Counted from the first letter of the stretch, positions 9,286-19,406 are shown. The stretch: 64,000 nt of DNA from Pedobacter sp. (GCA_050253415.1 JBFWJC010000001.1:1288679-1352678); one strand, 5' to 3'. Notes: generated from the sequence alone by a model not told the origin. Translations and numbers: made by a program.

Positions 9286-10778
9286 GAACGTTTATCCTCC
9301 TGATGCTGCTGTTGTCCGGCTGTACAAACCCTCAGCTTCTCACCCCTGAAGAGCGTGCCTACCTGGATAACAAGCCAACCATCGTCTTTCACAACGAGAA
9401 GGACTGGAAGCCGTATGATTATTACGAGGATGGGACTCCCAAAGGTTTCTGTGTCGATGTTGTGCGACTGATTGCCGCAAAGGTCGGTTTCAAGGCCAGA
9501 TTTATCTCGGGTCAAAGCTGGGATTCGTACATGCACATGCTTGAACACCGCCAAATAGACTCCCTGCATAATACCGCGATTACACCCGATCGCGAGAGAT
9601 ACATGATCTTCACCCGGGGTTACGTGAGGTTCCGGGACGCTCTTTATGTTCGCAAAGGCCGAAACGACATCAGGACGCTCGAAGATCTCCACGGTAAAAC
9701 CCTGGCGGTTGTCCGGGGCTACTATCAGGAAGTTCTGCTGAAGTCTTATTACCCGGAGATCAATCTCCTTCTGGTGAATAACACCACGGAATGTATCAGG
9801 GCCGTTTCCGAGAAAAGGGCCGATGCCGCCATCGATGAAGTCGGTGTAAGCGACAGTTTTATCAATGATTATGGGGTCAAGGACGTCATCCTGCAAAGCT
9901 TTGTCCAGGATGAGCGTTTCAATCTCGAACTTCATTTTGCCGTACATAAAGACGACAGGATTTTGAGAAATATCCTGCAAAAAGGACTCGATGCCATCTC
10001 TGACGAAGAAATGGCCGCGCTCAAGAAAAAATGGCTGATTCTCGGGCCGAAGAACGGAGTTGACTATAAACTGCTGGGTTTGATCGCGGTGGGAATTTTG
10101 ATGCTGCTGGGCTTCCTCTCCTACAGGACCAGGCTGCTGAAAAAACATAATCTGGAACTGCAGGAGGCCCAGATCGCGCTGCGGGGGGAGGTCCGGCAGA
10201 AAGAGCTTTTGTTACGGGAATTGAACCACCGGGTAAAGAACAACCTGCAGATCATCCAGAGTATCGTCTCCCTTCAGACATCGAGAAAGGACACCTCTCA
10301 TATTCTCGAAGAAATAGAAGACAATATCCGGGCGATATCTCTGGCTTATGACAAGCTCGTCTATCAGGATTCGCAGGATTCCATTGAACTCCGGAGTTAC
10401 CTTCAGACCTTGTCTGAGCATTTGACACGACTGGGTGACCTGCCGATTCTTATCGAAATGGAAATCCCCGACCTCCGGGTCGGCATCCAGAGAGCGGTGA
10501 CCATAGGCCTTGTGGTTACGGAATGTTTCAACAACTCCGTCAAATACGCTTTCGGCAACTTTGTCGGTGATCCCCGCTTCTTTATCCGCATGACTGCCAA
10601 GACATCGGATGAACTCCTCATGACCATTGCGGACAACGGATCGGGATTCTCCTCATCCGTTGTCAATGGCATCGGCCGGGAACTCATTATCTCCCTTTGC
10701 AAGAACGAATTTCGTTCTGTTCCACATTTCTATAATGAGCAGGGTGCGGTCATCGAAATTTCGATTCCCCGGACCTGA
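9282..10778 (+). CDS. Sensor histidine kinase with periplasmic solute-binding (PBPb) domain and HisKA_2/HATPase
   Basis: ATGA overlap with the RR stop. Lipobox LSGC, DWKPYDY PBP fold, a TM helix, ELNHRVKNNLQII, ECFNNSVKYAF and IADNGSG. Confidence 0.9.
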   Translation: MRTFILLMLLLSGCTNPQLLTPEERAYLDNKPTIVFHNEKDWKPYDYYEDGTPKGFCVDVVRLIAAKVGFKARFISGQSWDSYMHMLEHRQIDSLHNTAITPDRERYMIFTRGYVRFRDALYVRKGRNDIRTLEDLHGKTLAVVRGYYQEVLLKSYYPEINLLLVNNTTECIRAVSEKRADAAIDEVGVSDSFINDYGVKDVILQSFVQDERFNLELHFAVHKDDRILRNILQKGLDAISDEEMAALKKKWLILGPKNGVDYKLLGLIAVGILMLLGFLSYRTRLLKKHNLELQEAQIALRGEVRQKELLLRELNHRVKNNLQIIQSIVSLQTSRKDTSHILEEIEDNIRAISLAYDKLVYQDSQDSIELRSYLQTLSEHLTRLGDLPILIEMEIPDLRVGIQRAVTIGLVVTECFNNSVKYAFGNFVGDPRFFIRMTAKTSDELLMTIADNGSGFSSSVVNGIGRELIISLCKNEFRSVPHFYNEQGAVIEISIPRT

Positions 10779-11063
10779 GCCTGCCCCCCCCCCTTCTTTT
10801 CAATAATCCTATCTCTCGTTAATTCTTTTTGATATTTCAAACGTTTTACAAACGCCTTGCATATATCATCGCGAGTGGCATGAGGGAGTAATCTCATGTG
10901 CGTCTGTTCATGGATGGCGGGCTCATCGTCGCTGGAGCTATGTCCCTGTGGATTGAATTTTGCGGGTTATATCTATTCCACCCCTATAATTTTGGACATT
11001 ACATACCAAACACAAGAGCAGGCTGCGCACAGGCTTTCGGTGCTAGCCAAGGAGGGATACCTC

Positions 11064-14033
11064 ATGAAAACCAAAAGAAAGACAACGACGGTTCTGCTTG
11101 CCTTGCTGTTCGGGGCGGGCCTGCTCCTGGCGAGTACGGGCGTGTGGGCGCTGGAGTTCCCGAGCGGCGGTGTGCTGGGCCCCGGCACCGACGCCACCGA
11201 CGGCACGGTGGACGGCAGCAGCGTGAAGAACACCGCGATTGGGGCCAGAAGCTGGGCCACCGCGGAGGCCAGCACGGCCATCGGGTATGACAGCACGGCC
11301 ATCGGCGTAGAGAGCACGGCCACCGGCGCATACAGCAGCGCCAACTCAAACTGGAGCACGGCCACCGGTGCAAGCACCACCGCCACCGGGTATCACACCA
11401 CCGCCACCGGGTATCACAGCACGGCCACCGACGAACACAGCACCGCCACCGGTTCATTCAGCTACGCCACCGGGTATCACAGCACGGCCACCGGTAAATC
11501 CAGCACCGCCAGCGGACAATCCAGCACCGCCACCGGCGCATACAGCAGCGCTACCGGCGCAAGCAGCACGGCCACCGGCACAAACAGCAGCGCCACCGGC
11601 ACAAACAGCACGGCCACCGGCGAAAACAGCAGGGCCACCGGCGAATACAGCACAGCCACCGGCCAATACAGCCAGGCGACGGCAACCGCCAGCGTGGCCG
11701 ACGGGCATGGCAGTGAGGCTAGTGGTGTCGGCAGCACCGCCCTCGGGACCAGCAGTATCGCCAGCCAGGCCAACGCCACGGCCACCGGCAGCCTCAGCCA
11801 GGCCACCGGCGAAAACAGCACGGCCACTGGCAGCAGCAGCCAGGCGACGGCAACCGACAGCGTGGCCAACGGGGCCGGCAGTCAGGCCACCGGTGTCGGC
11901 AGCACCGCCCTTGGGACCAGCAGCGTCGCCAACCAGTCCAACGCCACGGCGACCGGTGCCCTGAGCCAGGCCACCGGCGAAAACAGCACTGCCACCGGCT
12001 ACGGCAGCCAGGCCATCGGTGCGAACAGCATCGCCAACGGCTACAACAGTGTTGCCGGCGGCAGCGACAGCGTGGCCATTGGCAGCGGCGCCTCGGCTGG
12101 CTACGCCGGATCTATCAGTCTCGGCAGCGGGGCGACGATTACCGCCGCGTCCGAGCCGATCAATACGCCTGGTGAGATCCCAATCGTTATCCCAGGCTAT
12201 TCCTATGAAGGCGCCATTGCCGTCGGCAACGGCGCCCAAGCCAACGGCAACGACGCAACGGCACTGGGCGACGCCGCCAACGCCAGCGGAGCGCTGGCGC
12301 TCTCCGCCGGTGCTTCGTCCTCGGCAAGTGGCTCCCGCGCAACGGCACTCGGTTACCAGGCCGCCGCCGGCGGTATCAATGCCATCGCCATCGGCAACAA
12401 CTCCTCTGCCAGCTATCTTGACGCCATCGCTATCGGCAGCAACGCCATGATCAGTGCGCCGACGGAACCGGTCAATGCGACGGGCGATATCCCACTTGTC
12501 CTCATCGGCTATCCCTACGAAGGATCGATTGTCCTTGGCAACAACGCCCGGGCCAACGGCAACGCATCGACATCTGTCGGCAACAATGCCAATGCGGCCG
12601 GTGCACTGTCGGTTTCCGTCGGCGCTTCGTCCTCGTCCGCCGGTTCCCGGGCGACGGCCGTCGGCTACCAGACTTCAGCCTCCGGCGTCAATACCGTCGC
12701 CGTCGGCAACAACGCCCAGGCCTCGGCCGATAATGCCATGGCCATGGGGAACGGCGCTTCGGCTGATTACACCGGGGCCATCGCCATCGGCAGCGGGGCG
12801 ACCATCACCGCCCCGACCAGCGGCGGCTCCACCACCGGCGCCATCGCCATCGGCAACAACGCGCGCGCCAATGCCGATCCGTCGGTTGCCCTCGGCAACG
12901 AAGCCGACGCCACCGGTACGGATTCGGTGGCGGTGGGAGATTCCTCCGTCGCCACCGGTGACACTTCGACGGCGATCGGCTACCAGGCCTCCGCTACCGG
13001 CACAAATTCGGTGGCCGTCGGCGCCGGCAGCAGCGACGGCGGAGCGAGCAACGTCTTCGCGGTCGGCTCGGCCAGCCAGACGCGTACAATCATCAACGTC
13101 ACCGCCGGAGAGGTCAGTGCCACCTCGACCGATGCCGTCAATGGCAGCCAGCTTTACGCTACGCAGCAGGATATCGCTGCGCTGCAGACTACCGCCTTCA
13201 GCCAGGCAACGACAATCGTTGATCTGGCGTCTCAGCAGATGACGAATACGACGAACATTGCAACCAACACGACGAACATAGCAACCAATACGACGAACAT
13301 AGCAACCAATACGGCCGGTATTCAGGCGAATTCAATACAGATTCAGGCACTTATCAATGGCGAAGCGGGAGTGTGTACGATTATTAATGGCGCAATGCAG
13401 TGTGCTGCGGGTGCTTCAGCAACCGGCGACGGCGCAATGGCTCTCGGTAATGGTGCGACTGCCGATGGCGACGGCACCATGGCCTATGGGGCAGGTGCCA
13501 GCGCCCAATATGAAGGTTCTATTGCTATCGGTACCGGGGCGCAGGCCAATGCCGACCCCACAACCGCAGTTGGTTACTACGCCATCGCCAACGGCAACAA
13601 CAGCGTGGCACTCGGTGCCAATAGCACTGCGAACGGCGAAAATTCGGTGGCACTGGGGCAAGGCTCGGTTGCCGATTATGATAATACCGTGAGTATCGGC
13701 AATGCCTCGACCGGCCTTGTACGCCGGATAACCAACGTGGCACCGGGTGTTGATGGAACTGACGCCGTTAATATGAATCAACTTCATGGCGAGGTTGACA
13801 AGCTGCGGAAGAGTATCGCTCAAACAGGCGCCATTGCTGCGGCGACAAGCCAGATTGTTTTGCCCCCGGGCTGCCTTAACGGGTTAGGGATTGGCATCGG
13901 CAGCCAGAGTGGCGAGAGTGCCGTAGCTGTGGGGTTCGTCGGGATGCCTCTAAAAAATATGGCGGTCCGGCTTACGGCAGGCACGTCTGGAAGCACGTCC
14001 AGTGTCGGTGGTGGCTTGTCCTTCGGCTGGTAA
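11064..14033 (+). CDS. YadA/Hia-type trimeric autotransporter adhesin (~989 aa)
   Basis: GGAGG SD and signal peptide. 14-aa head repeats (STATGxxSxATGxx, AIAIG), necks (INVTAGEVSATSTDAVNGSQL, ITNVAPGVDGTDAVNMNQL), TNTTNIA stalk repeats, and a C-terminal anchor ending in GLSFGW. Confidence 0.93.
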   Translation: MKTKRKTTTVLLALLFGAGLLLASTGVWALEFPSGGVLGPGTDATDGTVDGSSVKNTAIGARSWATAEASTAIGYDSTAIGVESTATGAYSSANSNWSTATGASTTATGYHTTATGYHSTATDEHSTATGSFSYATGYHSTATGKSSTASGQSSTATGAYSSATGASSTATGTNSSATGTNSTATGENSRATGEYSTATGQYSQATATASVADGHGSEASGVGSTALGTSSIASQANATATGSLSQATGENSTATGSSSQATATDSVANGAGSQATGVGSTALGTSSVANQSNATATGALSQATGENSTATGYGSQAIGANSIANGYNSVAGGSDSVAIGSGASAGYAGSISLGSGATITAASEPINTPGEIPIVIPGYSYEGAIAVGNGAQANGNDATALGDAANASGALALSAGASSSASGSRATALGYQAAAGGINAIAIGNNSSASYLDAIAIGSNAMISAPTEPVNATGDIPLVLIGYPYEGSIVLGNNARANGNASTSVGNNANAAGALSVSVGASSSSAGSRATAVGYQTSASGVNTVAVGNNAQASADNAMAMGNGASADYTGAIAIGSGATITAPTSGGSTTGAIAIGNNARANADPSVALGNEADATGTDSVAVGDSSVATGDTSTAIGYQASATGTNSVAVGAGSSDGGASNVFAVGSASQTRTIINVTAGEVSATSTDAVNGSQLYATQQDIAALQTTAFSQATTIVDLASQQMTNTTNIATNTTNIATNTTNIATNTAGIQANSIQIQALINGEAGVCTIINGAMQCAAGASATGDGAMALGNGATADGDGTMAYGAGASAQYEGSIAIGTGAQANADPTTAVGYYAIANGNNSVALGANSTANGENSVALGQGSVADYDNTVSIGNASTGLVRRITNVAPGVDGTDAVNMNQLHGEVDKLRKSIAQTGAIAAATSQIVLPPGCLNGLGIGIGSQSGESAVAVGFVGMPLKNMAVRLTAGTSGSTSSVGGGLSFGW

Positions 14034-14049
14034 CAATTGACTTCCGAGT

Positions 14050-14195
14050 GTGGCCTTTCCTAAACAAGCTGTCCATATTGAGCAGGTTTTGGAAAATGGA
14101 GGGATTTCAGGGAGGATAGGTCCTTGAGCCGAAGTAAATAAAAAACCGCGATATTTCAATGAAATATCGCGGTTTAGTTTGTTGCTTGGTACCGA
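14050..14195. repeat. Diverged direct repeat, copy B (overlaps the tRNA-Leu 3' end and its terminator)
   Basis: Aligns to 7109-7257 and contains the hairpin aaaccgcgatatttc-aat-gaaatatcgcggttt. Confidence 0.85.
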
Positions 14196-14272
14196 AGGCC
14201 GGAATCGAACCGGCACGGCTAGAAGCCATCGGTTTTTGAGACCGACGTGTCTACCAATTCCACCACTTCGGC
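14187..14272 (-). tRNA. tRNA-Leu(CAA)
   Basis: GCCGAAGTGGTGGAATTGGTAGACACG-TCGGT CT CAA AA ACCGA, long variable arm, GGTTCGATTCC, ends in CCA. Confidence 0.95.
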
Positions 14273-14331
14273 AAAGTGGAGTGAATTATAGTTATATCGA
14301 CGCCCTTGGTCAAGATGTTTTCGCAGGGGAT

Positions 14332-15174
14332 TTATTTTATCTGATGGTTGGTGCTTTCACGTATCTTTTGCAACAGTTTAATCGCCTGTTTTCCGCGTTT
14401 TATTTCGGTGGCTTCGATCCTTGCGATTGGCATTATGTCGATGAGAGCGTTGGAGAGAAAGGCTTCATCGGCAAGGATGAGGTCCTTTTTGGAAATGGGG
14501 CGTTCTTCGGTGGCAAGACCGAGAGTCTTTGCAATCTGCAGAATATGCCGACGCATAATGCCGGCCAGGACAACTTCGCCGGCCTCGGGAGTGATCAGGA
14601 TATTGTCTTTGACGATGAACAGGTTGCTGGTTGCGCCTTCAAGAACATGGCCCTCGTCATTGCAGAACAGGGCTTCCCTGGCGCCTTTAGCCTGGGCAAA
14701 GCGGGCGGCATACAGGCAGTCGGCGTAATTGCCGCGTTTCATCTGTGGCAGGTGCGACAGCGGGTTGACGCGCCGGTTGGGAGCGAACACGCAGTTGGCT
14801 CCTGACCGGATCTGGTTTTCATCCGGCTCGACGTAGGCTGAGGCCGTTATCAGCGTGCGGGCGTTTTCCTTCGGTGGGGGCTGCAGGCCTTTGCAGCGGC
14901 CACGGCTCAGGGTAAGGCGCATTCGGGCGACGGGCCATGGCAGTTGCTTGGCGGTTTGCTGCTGGGCTGTTCGGATGGCATCGCGGTCGCAGGGAAAATC
15001 GAGCAGTGCGGCGGACATCTGGATTCTGTCGAGGTGGGCCTCGGCCAGTAATATTGTATTATGGCGAACCTTGATGGTTTCGAACAGGGTGTCGCCAAAC
15101 AGTATGGCACCATCATCGACCGGTAGTCCGGTCTGGTCATCGGCTATAAAAGTACCGTCCAGGTTGACGATCAC
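14332..15174 (-). CDS. pabC: Aminotransferase class IV / 4-amino-4-deoxychorismate lyase
   Basis: GDTLFETIK, HLDRI, KRGNY, EGATSNLF, LAGIMR. Overlaps the pabB-like gene. Confidence 0.75.
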   Translation of the reverse strand: MIVNLDGTFIADDQTGLPVDDGAILFGDTLFETIKVRHNTILLAEAHLDRIQMSAALLDFPCDRDAIRTAQQQTAKQLPWPVARMRLTLSRGRCKGLQPPPKENARTLITASAYVEPDENQIRSGANCVFAPNRRVNPLSHLPQMKRGNYADCLYAARFAQAKGAREALFCNDEGHVLEGATSNLFIVKDNILITPEAGEVVLAGIMRRHILQIAKTLGLATEERPISKKDLILADEAFLSNALIDIMPIARIEATEIKRGKQAIKLLQKIRESTNHQIK

Positions 15175-16538
15175 GGCTTGGTTTCAAGGGCTTGGCGCAG
15201 CGCTTGCCCCTTGTGCAGGCATTCCTGCCACTCGCGGGTCGGGTCGGAGTCGGCAACAATTCCGGCACCGACCTGGTAGGTCAGTTCGTCGCCGAATTTC
15301 TGAAAGGTGCGGATCAGGATGTTAAAATCCATGTTGCCGGTCACGCTGACGTAGCCGGCGCTGCCGGTGTAGGTGCCACGTCCCACCGGCTCCAGTTCCT
15401 CGATGATTTCCATGCAGCGTTTTTTGGGAACGCCGGTGATGGTGCCCCCGGGAAACACGGCCCGCAGCAAGGCAAAGGGGCCAACGTCGTCGCGCAATCG
15501 TCCCCGCACGTTGCTAACGATATGGGTCACATGGGAGTAGTGTTCAAGAACCATCAGCTCATTGACTTCCACGCTGGAGGGCTGGCAGACCTTGCCCAGG
15601 TCATTGCGTTCCAGGTCGAGTAGCATGATATGTTCGGCGCGTTCCTTTGGGTTGTCCAGCAGCTCCCGGCTCAGGCGTTCATCCTCGGGGGTACTTGCGC
15701 CTCTTGGGCGGGTTCCGGCAATGGGGCGAGTCTCGGCCACGCCGTTTTGTAACTGTACCAGTCGTTCAGGGGAGGCGGAGATGATCTCGACATCGGGTGT
15801 ACGCAACAGGGCAGCAAAGGGGCTGGGGTTGATACGACGCAAATGTTGATAGAGATCTTCGGCGGAGAGTTTGCATTGCGTGTCGAAGCGCACAGACAGG
15901 TTGGCCTGGTAGATATCGCCGCTGGAGATGTAATCTTTGGTACGGATGACCCGCTCTTCAAATGCCTTCTGTTGCATGAGCGGTTGTGGGCTTACGACCT
16001 CTTCGGTGTCTGGTTCCGAAAGGGGGGTAGTCAGTACCTGGCGAATCGACTTTTCCCACTGGGTAAGATTGTCCCTGGGGTTGAGGGATGCGACGGTGAG
16101 TATGCGACGCTGATGGTCGTAGATAGCTGTAAGATCGATCCAGTCCAGCCATAACGCAGGGATGCTGCGGTCACGCCGGGCAATGTGGGGCAGGTCTTCG
16201 ATGCAGGCAGCAAGGTCGTAAGCAAGATAGCCAAAAAAACCACCGGCAAACGGTAGCTGAAAAGTATTTGATGAGAGGCGGCGATTGGCCAGGATGCCAT
16301 CGAGAACATCGAACGGGTCTCCCGGCAAATAGGTCTCATCTGTGCCCTCAACGCACATCAATCCCCTTGCGTCGAGACGATAGGACTCCTGACGGCGCAG
16401 CGGTACGATACTGTATCGTCCTATCTGGGAGGTTGGTTGAGGGCTTTCCAGAAAGCCGGGACCCATGGGATAGAGCCGCTGATAAACGACCAGGGGGTCG
16501 AAATGTTCCAGGGGGAAACTGTGCAGGAAACAGATCAT
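15171..16538 (-). CDS. pabB: Aminodeoxychorismate synthase component I (chorismate-binding, TrpE/PabB family)
   Basis: GDIYQANL, SPERL, TRPIAGTRPRG, KERAEHIMLLDLERNDL, FPGGTITGVPK, GAGIVADS. Confidence 0.8.
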   Translation of the reverse strand: MICFLHSFPLEHFDPLVVYQRLYPMGPGFLESPQPTSQIGRYSIVPLRRQESYRLDARGLMCVEGTDETYLPGDPFDVLDGILANRRLSSNTFQLPFAGGFFGYLAYDLAACIEDLPHIARRDRSIPALWLDWIDLTAIYDHQRRILTVASLNPRDNLTQWEKSIRQVLTTPLSEPDTEEVVSPQPLMQQKAFEERVIRTKDYISSGDIYQANLSVRFDTQCKLSAEDLYQHLRRINPSPFAALLRTPDVEIISASPERLVQLQNGVAETRPIAGTRPRGASTPEDERLSRELLDNPKERAEHIMLLDLERNDLGKVCQPSSVEVNELMVLEHYSHVTHIVSNVRGRLRDDVGPFALLRAVFPGGTITGVPKKRCMEIIEELEPVGRGTYTGSAGYVSVTGNMDFNILIRTFQKFGDELTYQVGAGIVADSDPTREWQECLHKGQALRQALETKP

Positions 16539-16725
16539 GGGCCGATTTCGGGTTTCGGGGTTACGAGATGCCAGCTTGTTTCCAGCCGAAAATTCCGGAT
16601 GGAGATCGTGCAGTCTTTATAGAGAGAAAGTACTGTTTCCAGATGGGAAGCAGATCGAAAGGCTGCGGCGTCAAGGTAACTTTTGTTGGCCTGCCAAGCA
16701 AGAGAAAATCGTGTGATCGACGAAT

Positions 16726-17391
16726 TCAGTCGATGAGTTTTCTTTGCTTGGCAGCCATAACTGCTTCCAGTCGGCTTTTCACATCCAGCTTTTTGAAGAT
16801 GTTTTTGATGTGGGTTTTAACAGTTTCGGTGCTGATGAACAGCGCGTTGCTGATTTCCTTGTTGCCTTGCCCTCTGGCAAGGCAGTCGAGGATCTGTTTT
16901 TCACGCCGGGTAAGGAAGTCGTCGGTCTCATCTTCGTCTTCCTGATCTGGAGCCGTGGCTGTCTGATCCCACTCGATAGCCAGGTCCATGAGGTATGGGG
17001 ACATGGGGTGTTCATTGTTGGCAAAAGCGCGAATCAGGTCGGCCAGTTCGCTGATATCGATGCTTTTGAGAACATAACCGTTCGCTCCGGCCTGCATCGC
17101 TTCCTCGATATAGTGTTTGTCGCTGTAGGAGGAAAGGATCAGCAACGTCATGTCGGGGTATTGTTTGCGCAGCATGCGCACCGCGGCTATGCCGGAAAGG
17201 CCGGGCATGTCGACATCGATAAGGGCTACGTCAGGTGGGTTCAGGGTGATCTTTTCCACGGCCTTGAATCCGTCGTTGGCTTCGCCGATAAAATCGATGT
17301 CCGGATACTGGCTGAGACTCATACGCAGTCCGGTGCGCAAAAGAGGGTGGTCATCAGCCAGGAATACTTTGAATGGTGGGGATTTAGACAT
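16726..17391 (-). CDS. NarL/LuxR-family response regulator
   Basis: LADDHPLLR, LIDVDMPG, and the HTH LTRREKQIL..GNKEI..LFISTETVKTHIKNIFKKL. Confidence 0.93.
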   Translation of the reverse strand: MSKSPPFKVFLADDHPLLRTGLRMSLSQYPDIDFIGEANDGFKAVEKITLNPPDVALIDVDMPGLSGIAAVRMLRKQYPDMTLLILSSYSDKHYIEEAMQAGANGYVLKSIDISELADLIRAFANNEHPMSPYLMDLAIEWDQTATAPDQEDEDETDDFLTRREKQILDCLARGQGNKEISNALFISTETVKTHIKNIFKKLDVKSRLEAVMAAKQRKLID

Positions 17392-17445
17392 GTTGACCTC
17401 CTGGCTGTTTGCAGTAAAACAAAATCTGGTTCGGTATTATTCTAT

Positions 17446-19098
17446 TCAGGCCGACGGTTGTGCTTCGGTGACGGGCAAAGCCAGCACGATGCGCAGGCCG
17501 CCACCGGTTGTTTCAGCCCAAATCTGTCCTTGATGCCCCTCGGCTACCAGCTTACAGAAGTTTAGGCCGAGCCCCAAGCCCTTTTTGCCCGTGGGGTTTT
17601 TGTGGTTCGTCGTATAAAACTTATCGAACAGGGATCCCAGGTCCTCGATGGGAATATGATCGCCGCGGTTGTGGAACGAAACAAAAATGTAAGACTGCTC
17701 TGGATTCAATCGTGGTGTATATCCATGACGGTCAGCCCCTTCCGGGGGCTGTTTGCGGGTTTCGATGGTGACCAGATCCTCTTCATTGCTGAATTTGATA
17801 GCATTGTCCAGTAAGTTGGTGAAGGTGCGCATCAGGCGGATGCGGTCGCCGTAATAGGGTAATTCGGTGTCAAAATCCGATTGATAATCGATGTGGATCT
17901 GCCGATCCTGACAGAAATAGTAAGCCTGATTGACAACTTCCTGCAGCGCCTGGTGGATATCAAACCCATTGCGTCGCAACACCAGCATGCCGTAATTATC
18001 CCGAAACACATCCAGAAAATCCGAGACCATGCCCATCAGGTCATGGTTGGTATCGGCCGCCATTTTGAGAATTTCGCTTTGCTCCTGATTTAATGTTCCT
18101 ACCTGGCCGTCGAGCACCAGCTTGAGAGCGGATTTAATCGCCAGGATAGGGTTGATCATGTCATGCGTGAGCATGCCGAAAAGATCGCTCTTCATCTTTT
18201 CGATATTTTTTTCTTCGGTCATGTCGCGCATCACCGCAACAAATCCCCGTAATTCGCCCTTTTCATTTTCCAGGCGGGAAAAAGACGCATCGACCGAGGC
18301 CAGCTTTTTTTCAGTCAGCATCAAGCCTAGGCTGAGTCGTTCAGGGGTGTTTGTTGTTTCACGTAACCTGTCCAGTTCTCGGAGAACCGGGGTGCGGTCG
18401 AGAAACAAGGACTCGATGGGCTGGCCGGTAAGCTCGGTGTCGGGGCGCTCCAGGGCTTTGAGTAGAGCACGGTTCGGGTTTTCGATGTGGCCGTTGGTGT
18501 CGGTCGCGATAATGTAATCGGAGACGCTGTTGATCAGTTGAAAAATGCGTTTGCGTGAGACGCTTTTCAAGCGTTTGTTGTTGTTCGCCAGGCTGCCGAT
18601 GGTGCTGGCGATGATTTCCAGCAGGGTGGCGAAGTCGTGGAGACGTTCATAGCTGATCTTGGGGATCCGGTATAACGCCTCCATGTAGCCTGCCATATCC
18701 CTTATGCCGATGGCACGGGCATGATGTACCGCAAGGTCGCGGTCAATGACGTAATTCTCCGTTCGAACCTGGCCGCAAATAACCACCGCGACCAGTTGTC
18801 CCTCGACAAGGATGGGCGAAGCGCAATCCACCAGCCCCGAATTGAGGCAGGAATAGATGGCGGGGCCATCTTTGCGCATGGCTTCCCGGGCTCCATACCG
18901 GGCGCTGGCCATGCACTTGTGCATGCCTTCTTGCGTACCGCGGCAAAAGTGAAGACAGAAATCGGAGAAATTGTACGGGCCGGCCAGAATGTTACCCTTG
19001 GGATCATAGATACAGCCACCCATGCGGGTTGCCTTGGTGTAGGCCACCATGATTTTATCAAGGGTGCTTTTATCAATCAGACTTAAAAGGTCGGCCAT
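17446..19098 (-). CDS. Cytoplasmic sensor kinase: PocR domain + PAS + HisKA/HATPase
   Basis: PocR signature (FSDFC..C..YSCLNSGLVDCASPILVEGQLVAVVICGQV), a PAS domain, THDMINP, NLLDNAIKF and GLGLGL. No TM helix. Confidence 0.88.
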   Translation of the reverse strand: MADLLSLIDKSTLDKIMVAYTKATRMGGCIYDPKGNILAGPYNFSDFCLHFCRGTQEGMHKCMASARYGAREAMRKDGPAIYSCLNSGLVDCASPILVEGQLVAVVICGQVRTENYVIDRDLAVHHARAIGIRDMAGYMEALYRIPKISYERLHDFATLLEIIASTIGSLANNNKRLKSVSRKRIFQLINSVSDYIIATDTNGHIENPNRALLKALERPDTELTGQPIESLFLDRTPVLRELDRLRETTNTPERLSLGLMLTEKKLASVDASFSRLENEKGELRGFVAVMRDMTEEKNIEKMKSDLFGMLTHDMINPILAIKSALKLVLDGQVGTLNQEQSEILKMAADTNHDLMGMVSDFLDVFRDNYGMLVLRRNGFDIHQALQEVVNQAYYFCQDRQIHIDYQSDFDTELPYYGDRIRLMRTFTNLLDNAIKFSNEEDLVTIETRKQPPEGADRHGYTPRLNPEQSYIFVSFHNRGDHIPIEDLGSLFDKFYTTNHKNPTGKKGLGLGLNFCKLVAEGHQGQIWAETTGGGLRIVLALPVTEAQPSA

Positions 19099-19406
19099 GA
19101 CATCCTGACTGCCGAATTTTCATGGGAGGCAGATTGTTTAACGCTGATATTTAGTATGTTTAAATAACGGTATTGGATAAAGTCGTATCTTGTTTGAATT
19201 AAGTTATGCTGTTGTCTTTCGATCTTGAAAACATGTTGTATTGTCCCATACTTTGCGGCTTGGATCAAAGCGCAAATTATGGCTGTTTGTGGATCGTTGA
19301 GGGCCTCGCATATTTTCGAGAGTGGGATTCTCCGCAATTTAGCGAAAGAAGCGGCAATGATACATGGTGCGTATAGTTTTTGTGCCCCTAAAAGCTTGTT
19401 AAACTG

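Noticed and set aside
11250..12060. Regular 42-nt repeats as a CRISPR array or DGR template
   Set aside because: They are in-frame coding repeats of the adhesin head, with no unique spacers and no cas or reverse transcriptase gene.
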